Both the position numbers and the translations under genes were made by a program. Source: a bacterium (lineage in GTDB: Bacteria; Pseudomonadota; Alphaproteobacteria; Rs-D84; CACZYB01). From it: 64,000 nucleotides of DNA. This document shows, piece after piece, positions 19,744-28,900 of the stretch; position 1 is the first letter of the stretch; every line of letters starts with the position of its first letter. The stretch covers positions 87,165-151,164 of the forward strand of contig JAAVBO010000003.1 in assembly GCA_014803575.1 (NCBI GenBank), in the 5' to 3' direction. The notes under the pieces are model-generated. The model made no database searches. It had not been told where the DNA came from and was given only the letters and a program-made list of their open reading frames with translations.

Positions 19744-20811
19744 TTGACTATGAAGATTTTACATTTTATTGATAGTTCTTATTTTTATCTTCACAGAAAG
19801 ACTATTTCTGAGCTTATTTTATCGCTTAGCAAGAATGGAGTGGAGCAGGAGGTAATTACTTCTAATGGAACTCAATTAGGTTTGATTTCTCAGGTAGTAT
19901 CTGTTAGATATTGGAAGGTTGCTAATGGTAGAAGTGCGAATACTTTTATGAATAAGTTCAGAATGTGGCTTTGGGCTTCTCAGTTTTCTCCTGATATTGT
20001 TATTAAGTGGGGAAAACAGGCACGACAGTTGGCTCCGTCTGGTGATTTTGTGCAAATTTCTTTTTTGAATGAGAAGGCTAATTTGAACAGTTTTGATAAG
20101 TCTGATTACATTATGACTAATTTGGAAAGTGTTCTTGAATATGTGAAGCAAAATGGATTTAGTGGTGCAAAGGCGTTTTATGTGCCTAGTTTTGTTTATG
20201 AATATAAGGATGTGAAACCTTTGGATAGGAGAGATTTTTATATGCCGGAAAAGGCAAAGATAATTTATATTGCTGGTAATTTTTTAAAGGGGATTGGGTT
20301 TGAAAATATGTTTGAAGTTGTGTCCTCTATTCAGAATACTTACTTTTTTATTGTCGGAAGTGGGCGAGATGATGAGTATATTAAGGATTATGCGTCAAGA
20401 GTTAATATGAAGGCCAGATCTCGTTTTATTGAAGAGATTGAAAAGTCGTTTGTTGCATTGCAACTTGCCGATTTTGCGATTTTGACTTTTGATGATTTGG
20501 AACTTCAAAAGAACATTTTGGAGGCGTGGTTAAGTAAAAAATTGGTTCTGACTCTTAAAAATGATATTTCTTCCGAGTTTGTGAAGGATGGTGTGAATGG
20601 TTTTGTTGTGCCGAAGAATGATACTTATTTTTTACGAAAGAAGTTGAAGGAAGTGATGGAACTTTCGGAGGAAGACAAAAATCGTATTGTTAATAATGCT
20701 TATGAAAATGCGAAGGATTTTGTGGATTCAAAAATAATCCTTAATTATATTAAGGTATTTGAAGATCTTATATCCAAATATAATTCCAGAAAAAATCTGT
20801 TTAATAATTAG
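19744..20811 (+). CDS. Glycosyltransferase group 1 (GT4)-like protein, degenerate
   Basis: MKILHFIDSS N-terminus and the overall length and pattern of GT-B enzymes. Weak. Confidence 0.35.
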   Translation: MTMKILHFIDSSYFYLHRKTISELILSLSKNGVEQEVITSNGTQLGLISQVVSVRYWKVANGRSANTFMNKFRMWLWASQFSPDIVIKWGKQARQLAPSGDFVQISFLNEKANLNSFDKSDYIMTNLESVLEYVKQNGFSGAKAFYVPSFVYEYKDVKPLDRRDFYMPEKAKIIYIAGNFLKGIGFENMFEVVSSIQNTYFFIVGSGRDDEYIKDYASRVNMKARSRFIEEIEKSFVALQLADFAILTFDDLELQKNILEAWLSKKLVLTLKNDISSEFVKDGVNGFVVPKNDTYFLRKKLKEVMELSEEDKNRIVNNAYENAKDFVDSKIILNYIKVFEDLISKYNSRKNLFNN

Positions 20812-20961
20812 AATGTTTATATTTCATATAATTCTATATTATGATATTATAATATCGTTATATGGAAATGTATAAAAAACTCAAATTTTTTAGATGAAAT
20901 AAAGAATACATAAAATAATATTTTTATAAAAAAAAGGGAGTTTTGTTTCCCCTTTTTTAAC

Positions 20962-21591
20962 TTATTTAGAACCTTTGCCCTTCATATATTTAAATGCGAT
21001 TGCCATATATTGTTTTCCGGTCCAAATTGTAAGAATGCTTGCGATTAAAAGTAAGCAACAACCTGTAACGTAAACATTAAATAAGAACAAATCCCATCCG
21101 GAATTGTAAAATCTGTTTTTGAAATTTGCACCGAATATTAAAAAGCAGATTGCGAAAAGTTGGGTTGCCGTTTTCCATTTTGCAAGTTTTGATACCGGCA
21201 TTTTTATATGGAAATTGCCGAGATATTCGCGAAGTCCGGATACAAAAATTTCACGACTTATTATCACGGTTGCAAGTATTGTTTCAAATATTGATACGAA
21301 CTTTGTTTGTGTAAGGACTATCAATACTGCTGTTACAAGAAGTTTGTCTGCAATAGGGTCTAAGAATCGTCCTATTTCAGAGGTAGTTTTGGTTTTTCGT
21401 GAAATGTATCCGTCAAGGTAGTCGGTAATGCTTGCAATGACGAATAGGGCGCAAGCAATGTAATTTGAATAGATTATATTTCTGCTGTAAAGCATACAAA
21501 ATATTATCGGGATTATAAGGATTCTTATATAAGTTAAAATATTTGGTAAAGTCCATATAAGGTTTATTTTTTTATTTGATTTTTTTCTCAT
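20962..21591 (-). CDS. pgsA: CDP-diacylglycerol--glycerol-3-phosphate 3-phosphatidyltransferase
   Basis: CDP-alcohol phosphatidyltransferase motif DYLDGYISRK...GRFLDPIADK. Multi-TM. Confidence 0.85.
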   Translation of the reverse strand: MRKKSNKKINLIWTLPNILTYIRILIIPIIFCMLYSRNIIYSNYIACALFVIASITDYLDGYISRKTKTTSEIGRFLDPIADKLLVTAVLIVLTQTKFVSIFETILATVIISREIFVSGLREYLGNFHIKMPVSKLAKWKTATQLFAICFLIFGANFKNRFYNSGWDLFLFNVYVTGCCLLLIASILTIWTGKQYMAIAFKYMKGKGSK

Positions 21592-21660
21592 TTTATTTCC
21601 CTTTTTTCCTAATAAATTTATCTTAGCAAATAAAAAAATAGTTGCAATAGTATTTTTTTA

Positions 21661-23475
21661 CTAATGAAAAAATTTGTGGATTTTTTCGGCTAAGTTCTTG
21701 TTTATACCGTCAACTTTTATTAATTCTTCTATGTTGGCATTTATAATATTTTTAACACTTCCAAAATAATTAAGCAGAGCTTTTTTCTTTGATGCACCAA
21801 TGCCCTCTATGTCATCAAGGGCAGAGCGGAATGTTGATTTTGCTCTTTTTTCTCGGTGTGTTGTGATTGCGAATCTGTGTGCTTCGTCACGAATCCTTTG
21901 TAAGAAGAATAAAACAGGGTCGTTTTTTGCAAGGTTTATTGGTTCCTTGCCCATTTGGTAAAGAGTTTCTTCGCCTGCGTTTCTGTTTTCACCCTTTGCA
22001 ATACCGACAAGTGGGGTTGTAAGTTCTAATCGTCTTAGAACGTGATGAGCAACGTCAAGTTGACCTTTACCACCATCAACTATTATTAAATCGGGAAGGG
22101 TGTTTTCTGCCTTTGCCCTTGTATAACGGCGGGTAAGGACTTCCTCCATCATTTTATAATCGTCGCCCAAAATATCGCTTTTGATGTTATATTTACGATA
22201 ATTTTCCTTTTGGAATCCTTTAGGACCTACGACAATCATAGCACCTATTTTATTTGTGCCGAATGTGTGGGAGTTATCAAAAACATCAATTCGTTTTGGT
22301 GAGTTTGGGAGGTGGAAAAGTTTTTGCATATCGTCCATATATTTTTTCTGATTTATTTCTGTTATAAATTTATGTTCAAGGTGGGCGTTGGCATTGGATA
22401 CAATGTTATCAACGATTTTTTTCTTTTCTCCCTTTTGCGGAGTGTCAATTTCAACCTTTGCTCCCTTTATTTCCGAAAGGGTTTCTTCTAACTCCTCCTT
22501 TATATTAGTAAGAGGTATGTTTGTAAGGATTAGTTTTGGAATGTCACGTTCCAAATAAAATTGTTCTATGAATTCATATAAGATTTCCTCTTCTGTTGCA
22601 TTTTGAGTTTTTGTTGGAAAGTAGGAAAAGTTTCCGCAAATTATGGATTTACGAGAGAAGAAAACTTCTATTTCATAGACATTATCACGGTTGACAAGAC
22701 AGATTATATCCGTATCGCTGTCAAGACTTGAAAAAGTGCTTTTTTTTAGGATTTGGTTCAGATAGCTTATTTTGTCGCGGTAAATTATTGCAGTTTCGTA
22801 GTCTCGGTTTTGACTGGCAATTTGCATTTTTTCAGAAAATTCATTGATTATAGCCTTGTTTTCACCCTTTAAAAACGAGATGGCTTTGTCTACCTGTGCT
22901 CTGTATTGTTCAGGGAGAATTTTAAGACAGCAAGGAGCAGAGCATTTCTTTATTTGGTAAAGAAGACAAGGAGATTGTCGATTTTTGAATAAAGTATCAC
23001 GGCAAGTGCGAAGTCCGAACATTGATTGAATTATCTTTATTCCTTCGTTTACGGCAAGACTTGATGGAAAGGGACCGAAGAAATGAAAAGCACTGCTTTT
23101 GTCACCACGAAATTTTCCCAGTTTTGGAAATTCGTCCTTTGATATAGTTAGGTAAGGGTAGCTTTTATCGTCTTTCAGTAAAATATTATACTTTGGGTTG
23201 AGCTTTTTTATCAAATCTTGTTCTACTATTAATGCCTCGTTTTCAGTATTTGTTTGAATTATTTCCATTTTTCGGGTTTCGTGAATCATTTTCTTGATTC
23301 TTTCGGAAAGTCCGTCAAGGTCTGTGTAGTTTTTTATTCTTTTGTGTAAATTTTTTGCTTTTCCAACATAAAGCACCTTTCCGTTTTCATCAAACATACG
23401 ATAAACCCCAGGGGAATTTGGGGTATTTTTGTGAAAATCTCTTATTATTTCAAGACCTGTCGCTTTTTGTATCAT
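21661..23475 (-). CDS. uvrC: Excinuclease ABC subunit C
   Basis: GIY-YIG N-terminus (PGVYRMFDENGKVLYVGKAKNL), a UvrBC domain, and a C-terminal RNaseH-like plus HhH region. 604 aa. Confidence 0.95.
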   Translation of the reverse strand: MIQKATGLEIIRDFHKNTPNSPGVYRMFDENGKVLYVGKAKNLHKRIKNYTDLDGLSERIKKMIHETRKMEIIQTNTENEALIVEQDLIKKLNPKYNILLKDDKSYPYLTISKDEFPKLGKFRGDKSSAFHFFGPFPSSLAVNEGIKIIQSMFGLRTCRDTLFKNRQSPCLLYQIKKCSAPCCLKILPEQYRAQVDKAISFLKGENKAIINEFSEKMQIASQNRDYETAIIYRDKISYLNQILKKSTFSSLDSDTDIICLVNRDNVYEIEVFFSRKSIICGNFSYFPTKTQNATEEEILYEFIEQFYLERDIPKLILTNIPLTNIKEELEETLSEIKGAKVEIDTPQKGEKKKIVDNIVSNANAHLEHKFITEINQKKYMDDMQKLFHLPNSPKRIDVFDNSHTFGTNKIGAMIVVGPKGFQKENYRKYNIKSDILGDDYKMMEEVLTRRYTRAKAENTLPDLIIVDGGKGQLDVAHHVLRRLELTTPLVGIAKGENRNAGEETLYQMGKEPINLAKNDPVLFFLQRIRDEAHRFAITTHREKRAKSTFRSALDDIEGIGASKKKALLNYFGSVKNIINANIEELIKVDGINKNLAEKIHKFFH

Positions 23476-23589
23476 TTTTTTTCACTTTTTGCTTTTCTTT
23501 GTTTGTATTTTATGATATACTGCTTTTTAGTTATATGATAAACTACAAAAGTTTAGAGTAAAGAATTTTTTTTAAATAAGGAGAAGAGA

Positions 23590-24072
23590 ATGTTAATAAG
23601 AAAAAATGATTCCGGACGTTCCATAGTTGAAATGCTTGGTGTCTTGGCTATTATGGGTGTTATCACTGTTATGGGTATTTCCGGTTATTCCCAAGCAATT
23701 GGAAAAATCAACAGAAATAAAGTTGTTGAAGATGTAACAAGAATCGTTCAAGAGGTTAGGGGACTTTATGCCGGTAAAACTGATGTTTATACAAAGGTTC
23801 CTGCTGGATCGGAAACTGATGATTTGTTACTTTCCATTGGATTTAGAAGATCATCTGATAAGCATCCGTTTGGTGGTGTTTATTACATATCTCCTGCGAC
23901 TGAGGAAGATAGCGGTGCAAAAAGATATTTCAATGTTAATATTACAGGTTTGGATAAACAGGATTGTTTCTATCTATGTACATCTAATTGGGAAGGAACA
24001 CACGAAGATTGTGATACTACTAAGGCTTGTGGTTCAGATAGTGACAATACTTTGGCTTTATCATTTGAATAA
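23590..24072 (+). CDS. Type IV pilin / pseudopilin-like protein
   Basis: Class III leader with a processing site G|RSIVE (Glu at +5), followed by the hydrophobic helix MLGVLAIMGVITVMGISGY. Strong RBS aaggagaagagaATG. Confidence 0.65.
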   Translation: MLIRKNDSGRSIVEMLGVLAIMGVITVMGISGYSQAIGKINRNKVVEDVTRIVQEVRGLYAGKTDVYTKVPAGSETDDLLLSIGFRRSSDKHPFGGVYYISPATEEDSGAKRYFNVNITGLDKQDCFYLCTSNWEGTHEDCDTTKACGSDSDNTLALSFE

Positions 24073-24094
24073 TTTTATTTTTATAAAAATTTTA

Positions 24095-24122
24095 ACCCGT
24101 CCTTTTTCAGGACGGTTTTTTT
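24095..24122. terminator. Bidirectional terminator between the pilin and Slam-like genes
   Basis: ccgtcc-tttttca-ggacgg followed by a T-run. Confidence 0.6.
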
Positions 24123-24135
24123 ATAATTAAGAGCT

Positions 24136-25503
24136 TCAGAATCGTTGGTTAAGTGTCATTTCTATGGCACTTTTTTCATATTCGTGTTGCCATACGTTGG
24201 AATTTTTATCTGTGTAGGTATAAGTAATGGTTGGCGAGAATCCCCAAAAACTTAATTTTCTGTTTGATAGAGATAATGAGTATTTTCTTGTAATATCTTT
24301 TTCTTTTATTTCTTCAAACTTTAAGTTTTTTACAAACCATCTTTCCTTATCATAATTTGTGTATAATATGGAAGGTTCAACATACATTGTGAATCCGTAT
24401 GGAAGTTCTATGCCAAAACCTATTGCATAGCTGTTTCTTGTATTGGAATAAATTCGTTCCTTTGTATTTTCAATTTCATATCCTGTTCTGAAAATTAAAT
24501 ATTTTGAGGCATCGAACATATATGATAATCTGGCATTAATTCCGCGAGTATCTCCATCCAAAATTTCGCCATAATCATCATATCTTGTTGGCATATAAGA
24601 AAGAGTTAAACCTCCGGATAGACTTCTTGTAAAATCATAACCGGTATTTATTTTTAATCCGACTGCGTAGCTGTAAGGTTGGTGGGCAAGCCATCTTCTG
24701 TATGCGGAAGGTCCAGCAAAAATTTCTCCATTTTTCCAAACATATTTTGGACCGAAATTATAACTTAAATAAAGATCGTCATATTCTTTTTTATTGTATG
24801 TATTTGAATAAAGCATAGCTTCATTTCTTAATCGCCATTTATCATTAATTAAAAATTCATAACTTCCGCCGAGGGAAACATTAAAACCTATGGCTTTTTC
24901 TTTATCTGATAATTGATTACAAAGTACGCCCCACATAGTCATAATACATTGTTCGCCACCGGTTGCGTTGTTGATATTATCATCCGGTGCGGCGCCGATA
25001 TTAAACCAGATATTCCAATTTTTGTTTTGTCGTGCGACATAAATATATTTTGCGATTTCTTGTTTTACAGGTGGAGGAAGAGTTTCGTCTGTTGCTGCTA
25101 ATCTTAAATGATAATCAGCTCTGTACCATGATTTTTGTAGCATATAAAGTTGTGCGAGTTTGAATCTTATTGATGATATATTTGGTTGGTAATCAAGGAT
25201 GAATCTTAAAATTTCAATTGCATCATCTATACGATTTTCAAGGGTTGCGATTTCAGAGAGAAGATATAGACGTTCTATTTCCAATTCCTTTACATTGAAA
25301 GGAGATTTTAGAAGTAGTGTTTTTGCACTGTCATATTCTTTATTTTTAATAAATTCTTTTGCTAAATTTATTATTTGTATGGGATTTAATTTGATAATTT
25401 TTTCAGAAGTTTCTGTATCGGGAATAGGAGTAATTTCCTCTGCCTTAATATCAAAAGATATTAAGGAAAAAATTACTCCTATGACTATAATAAATAACTT
25501 CAT
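24136..25503 (-). CDS. Outer-membrane TPR plus beta-barrel protein resembling Slam (surface lipoprotein assembly modulator, DUF560)
   Basis: Signal peptide, then an N-terminal TPR-like region, then a C-terminal region of alternating aromatic beta-strand patterns ending in a terminal Phe (LNQRF). The NWNIWFNIGAAPDDNINNA segment matches the DUF560 barrel start as I recall it. Confidence 0.55.
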   Translation of the reverse strand: MKLFIIVIGVIFSLISFDIKAEEITPIPDTETSEKIIKLNPIQIINLAKEFIKNKEYDSAKTLLLKSPFNVKELEIERLYLLSEIATLENRIDDAIEILRFILDYQPNISSIRFKLAQLYMLQKSWYRADYHLRLAATDETLPPPVKQEIAKYIYVARQNKNWNIWFNIGAAPDDNINNATGGEQCIMTMWGVLCNQLSDKEKAIGFNVSLGGSYEFLINDKWRLRNEAMLYSNTYNKKEYDDLYLSYNFGPKYVWKNGEIFAGPSAYRRWLAHQPYSYAVGLKINTGYDFTRSLSGGLTLSYMPTRYDDYGEILDGDTRGINARLSYMFDASKYLIFRTGYEIENTKERIYSNTRNSYAIGFGIELPYGFTMYVEPSILYTNYDKERWFVKNLKFEEIKEKDITRKYSLSLSNRKLSFWGFSPTITYTYTDKNSNVWQHEYEKSAIEMTLNQRF

Positions 25504-25625
25504 TTAATTATAATTAACGTTTTTTTGATACATATAATTTATATCTGAAATTTATGTATGTCAATAAAGTCTCAACATTTATTTCTCAATAAAATTAATC
25601 AAAAAAACGTCTCCCTTTTTTTTTG
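25504..25625 (-). promoter_or_regulatory. Intergenic module, copy 1 (inverted relative to copies 2 and 3), with TTGACA-N17-TAAATT oriented toward the Slam gene
   Basis: On the minus strand the -35 is at 25564-25559 and the -10 at 25541-25536; the Slam start codon is at 25503. The reverse complement of this region aligns with 27064-27184. Arm sequences are degenerate (aacgttttttt / aaaaaaacgtc). Confidence 0.5.
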
Positions 25626-27035
25626 TTACTTACGTTTTGCACCGAATATGATATCCCAGTAAGTTGCACCTTTCCATGTTTCTTTACCAGAATTATCGTA
25701 ATCAGTCCATCCCCAACCGCCAGAATATCTTCCAACTGCTTCAGAAGGATCCTTATCAGCACCATAATATGCAGTTAATAAAGTCTCTGAATCCGGATAC
25801 ATAGGATATATTGTACCGTCTTCATCTTCATGTATAAAATGTTCTTTTGTATAATAGTCGAACTTTTTACCATCAGCTGTATATTCTGATGAAATATCAT
25901 CACCTTCTTTTGTTACAGTAACATCATACCAGTTATTAAATTTGAAATTTGCTACTTCTTTCATTGTTGCACCCGGTGTGACAGTAAGAGATACAGTTCC
26001 ATCTAAATCCATATAAGCAAGATCTTGTTCGTTGCTTGTAAGATTATAGCTTTCATCCATAATGTTACCCAAAGCACGACCTTCAAATGTGAAATTATCA
26101 GTTATATTTTCAATTTTTCTTTTTTCATTTCCGCCAAAGAAAAATACGGTTGCACTTTCTTTATTTTTGTAATCATTTACAAAATTATCCTTCATCATAC
26201 CGAATTGAGCATAGGATAGTTCCATACTGTCACCGCCAAGGGTAAGTTCGTATGTGTGATTTCCTTTTTTCTTTTCTCCTTTAAGAAGACCGGTATTATC
26301 TTTTCTAAGGTCGGATAATTCAAATTCTAAATCCTTTACATTTATGCCGTTTGCATCTATTTTTATACCTTTCGCATTACCATTTTCATCAACAGTAAAT
26401 TGTATAACACTGTCTTCTTGTTCTATATTAGATGGGAATTTGAAATCTTTTGAAAGATCATATTTTACTGCTGTGAATTTATCTTTATTTTCTGTTATTG
26501 CAGTTTTTATATCTTCGGCTTTTTCAATAATAGAATCTATAATATTGTCAGCTTTTGCGATTTCGTTTGCAATTTCTTTACCAACAAAAATAGTTAATCC
26601 CTGTGTAATAGCTGTTTTGAAAATGGTTTCATCTTCTAACTTTTCTGTAATAGTGTTTAAGATTTCTTTATCTACATTTATCCAATTTGCATAAATTTGA
26701 ATAAGATTATATTTTTTTTCTGTTTCGCTTAGTCCTGTTGCTTTTGCGGATTTAGAAGTTGCATTTCTTGCATTTGAATAATTAGATGCAGAGGCAGTTA
26801 AAGATTCATTTACAGATACAATTTTATCATAATTTGATGTATCAATAGGAGCCCCAAGCTCTTTTTCTGCCATAGCAACAATTTCTTTTTTATTATCTGA
26901 TTGAACAGAGAATGAAGAAACTGTTGTAGTAGGCAAAGTTGTATTTGGAACGGAGTTTCCGCCACCGTTACCACCACCGCAAGCGGTAAGTATGGTTGAT
27001 AGAGCGATTAAGCTTATTTTTAAATTATTTTTCAT
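25626..27035 (-). CDS. Putative surface lipoprotein, paralog 1 (TbpB-like C-terminal barrel; candidate Slam substrate)
   Basis: Lipobox LTAC, a GGGNGGGNSVPNTTLP linker, and a C-terminal FKFNNWYDV motif. The protein ends in IIFGAKRK, matching the TbpB C-terminus (...VVFGAKRQ) as I recall it. Confidence 0.55.
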   Translation of the reverse strand: MKNNLKISLIALSTILTACGGGNGGGNSVPNTTLPTTTVSSFSVQSDNKKEIVAMAEKELGAPIDTSNYDKIVSVNESLTASASNYSNARNATSKSAKATGLSETEKKYNLIQIYANWINVDKEILNTITEKLEDETIFKTAITQGLTIFVGKEIANEIAKADNIIDSIIEKAEDIKTAITENKDKFTAVKYDLSKDFKFPSNIEQEDSVIQFTVDENGNAKGIKIDANGINVKDLEFELSDLRKDNTGLLKGEKKKGNHTYELTLGGDSMELSYAQFGMMKDNFVNDYKNKESATVFFFGGNEKRKIENITDNFTFEGRALGNIMDESYNLTSNEQDLAYMDLDGTVSLTVTPGATMKEVANFKFNNWYDVTVTKEGDDISSEYTADGKKFDYYTKEHFIHEDEDGTIYPMYPDSETLLTAYYGADKDPSEAVGRYSGGWGWTDYDNSGKETWKGATYWDIIFGAKRK

Positions 27036-27063
27036 ATTAATTTCCTTTCAGTTTTTTATATTA

Positions 27064-27184
27064 GTCAAAAAAAAGGTACGTTTAAATTGACCGATTTTAT
27101 TAAAAAATAAACATTAGGATTTTATTGACATACACGAAATTAGGATATAAATTATATATGTCAAAAAAAAACGTACCTTTTTTT
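27064..27184 (+). promoter_or_regulatory. Intergenic module, copy 2: 16-bp inverted-repeat arms flanking a TTGACA-N17-TAAATT promoter that currently points antisense
   Basis: The arms are aaaaaaaaggtacgttt (27067-27083) and aaaaaaaaacgtaccttttttt (27163-27184). The -35 is at 27125-27130 and the -10 at 27148-27153, both on the plus strand. Confidence 0.5.
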
Positions 27185-27226
27185 ATCACTTTATTACTGA
27201 ATGAAACTACTCCTTATTTGTTAAAG

Positions 27227-28738
27227 TTATTTACGTTTTGCTCCGAAGACTGATTCAAACATATATTCTGTTCCTTCAATCTCATCGCGGAGATGTAATC
27301 TTCCAACAACTTCTTCTAATTCATTCATATCACCATAATACTCATCTTCAATGAAGTGATCTCTCTGATTGAAATCTATTTCTTTAAATTTATTAAAATC
27401 TCCATATATGTCATCTCCCGTTAATGTAATTTGACCATTGTTATAGTTGACATCATAGAAATTATCAAATTTAAGATTTAAATTTTTATTTAGGGAATCA
27501 TCTTTGAATGAAACGGTTAAATCAGCATTTCCATTAAGTATGAGTGCATTTTTACCTTCGATACTAGCGGTACCAATAGCTTTTCCTGTAAATGATATTT
27601 CATTATTATCGTTTAATACATACACAAGCTCATCTTTGGATGCGATAAGTTTTTCTTTGTATCCGCCAAAGAAAACATCAGAAGTTTCTGTATGAGGTAA
27701 TTCAACATTATTATCAGGATTATTGGATAGTGGACGGTTTGCCGATAATATTGTTTTATATAATGATCCAAAGTCAGAGTATGATAGTCCAACGGATTTT
27801 CCCCCAAGGATTATTTTATATTGATAATTGATATCAACTCCATCATCTTTTATATCACTAGAATCATATTCATTATCATCACTAATTTTATTTGCAAAAT
27901 CAATTAATCCTGTGTCTTTATCATAAACATAATATTTATAAGATTCCGTTTGATTTTTTTCTCCTATAATAAAGCCGTTTTTATCTTCTTTGAAATCATT
28001 AATATCAAAATCTATTGTTAAGTCTGTATCAAATTCATCTGATGGATTATTACGTTCATTATGTTCATAATGCATTCCTGTGACTTTATTATCCTTCACT
28101 GTATACTTAAATATGTTACGAGTTGTTGCATATTGATCATCTTTATTATCGGATAATTCTACAGTTGCAAGAGAAAATGTTTCTAATGTAGCTTGTTTTT
28201 TAATATCCTCGACATCTCCTGATATATCACCAATAGTTTCAAAAGTTGATTTTATGTTGTCATCTGTTAACTTTTCTACTATATCGTTTTTGTTTATAAG
28301 TTTTAGGGCATCAATAAATTTTTGTTTGTTTTCCCTTAAAACTTCTTCTGATTGGTCAGCCAAATTTTCAAGGACATCTTTCAATTCGTCGACATAACTT
28401 AATTTTACTTGGGCTATGCGATATTTTTTTTCGGCATCAGTCAAATTTTGGGATGAAACTTTTGCATTTGAAGTTGCACTTCTGTTTGGATTGTTTTTAT
28501 GAATTGCTTCGTATTTAGAAGCTACTTCTTCTGTGTATTCGGCGACATCTATTTTACCAAGATGTCCTTCAACATAATCAATAATATCTGATTTATTATC
28601 TACACTTGTTTTCATAGCGGTTATAGTTTCTGCACGTGGTAAAGTTGTATTTGGAACGGAGTTTCCACTTCCACCACCACCGCAAGCAGTAAGTAAAGTT
28701 GATAGAGCAATTAAGCTTATTTTTAAATTGTTTTTCAT
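27227..28738 (-). CDS. Putative surface lipoprotein, paralog 2
   Basis: The true start is MKNNLKISLIALSTLLTAC at 28738; the ORF-track start at 28837 runs through the upstream module. The protein ends in SVFGAKRK and has a KFDNFYDV motif. Confidence 0.55.
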   Translation of the reverse strand: MKNNLKISLIALSTLLTACGGGGSGNSVPNTTLPRAETITAMKTSVDNKSDIIDYVEGHLGKIDVAEYTEEVASKYEAIHKNNPNRSATSNAKVSSQNLTDAEKKYRIAQVKLSYVDELKDVLENLADQSEEVLRENKQKFIDALKLINKNDIVEKLTDDNIKSTFETIGDISGDVEDIKKQATLETFSLATVELSDNKDDQYATTRNIFKYTVKDNKVTGMHYEHNERNNPSDEFDTDLTIDFDINDFKEDKNGFIIGEKNQTESYKYYVYDKDTGLIDFANKISDDNEYDSSDIKDDGVDINYQYKIILGGKSVGLSYSDFGSLYKTILSANRPLSNNPDNNVELPHTETSDVFFGGYKEKLIASKDELVYVLNDNNEISFTGKAIGTASIEGKNALILNGNADLTVSFKDDSLNKNLNLKFDNFYDVNYNNGQITLTGDDIYGDFNKFKEIDFNQRDHFIEDEYYGDMNELEEVVGRLHLRDEIEGTEYMFESVFGAKRK

Positions 28739-28766
28739 TTTGTTTCCTTTCAGTTTTTTTATATTA

Positions 28767-28886
28767 GTCAAAAAAAAGGAACGTTTAAATTGACCTATTG
28801 TATTGAAAATAAATATTAGGATTTTATTGACATACACGAATTTAGAATGTAAATTATATATGTCAAAAAAAAACGTTCCTTTTTTT
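28767..28886 (+). promoter_or_regulatory. Intergenic module, copy 3: arms with a compensatory T-to-A change and the same antisense-pointing promoter
   Basis: The arms are aaaaaaaaggaacgttt and aaaaaaaaacgttccttttttt (ggaacg/cgttcc, versus ggtacg/cgtacc in copy 2). The -35 is at 28827-28832 and the -10 at 28850-28855. About 90% identical to copy 2 over ~170 bp. Confidence 0.5.
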
Positions 28887-28900
28887 ATTACTGAATGAAA

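Noticed and set aside
26960-26990. GGN-codon microrepeats (ccaccaccgc...) in the lipoprotein tethers as standalone phase-variation tracts
   Set aside because: The repeats are short (3-4 units) and interrupted. They plausibly cause in-frame length variation of the tether but not ON/OFF switching, so they are mentioned only under the concerted-evolution finding.
27227-28837. Extended 536-aa version of lipoprotein paralog 2 starting at 28837
   Set aside because: The extra 33 N-terminal residues are a translation of the conserved intergenic module. All four paralogs begin with MKNNLK/MRINFK followed by the lipobox, so the start was set at 28738.
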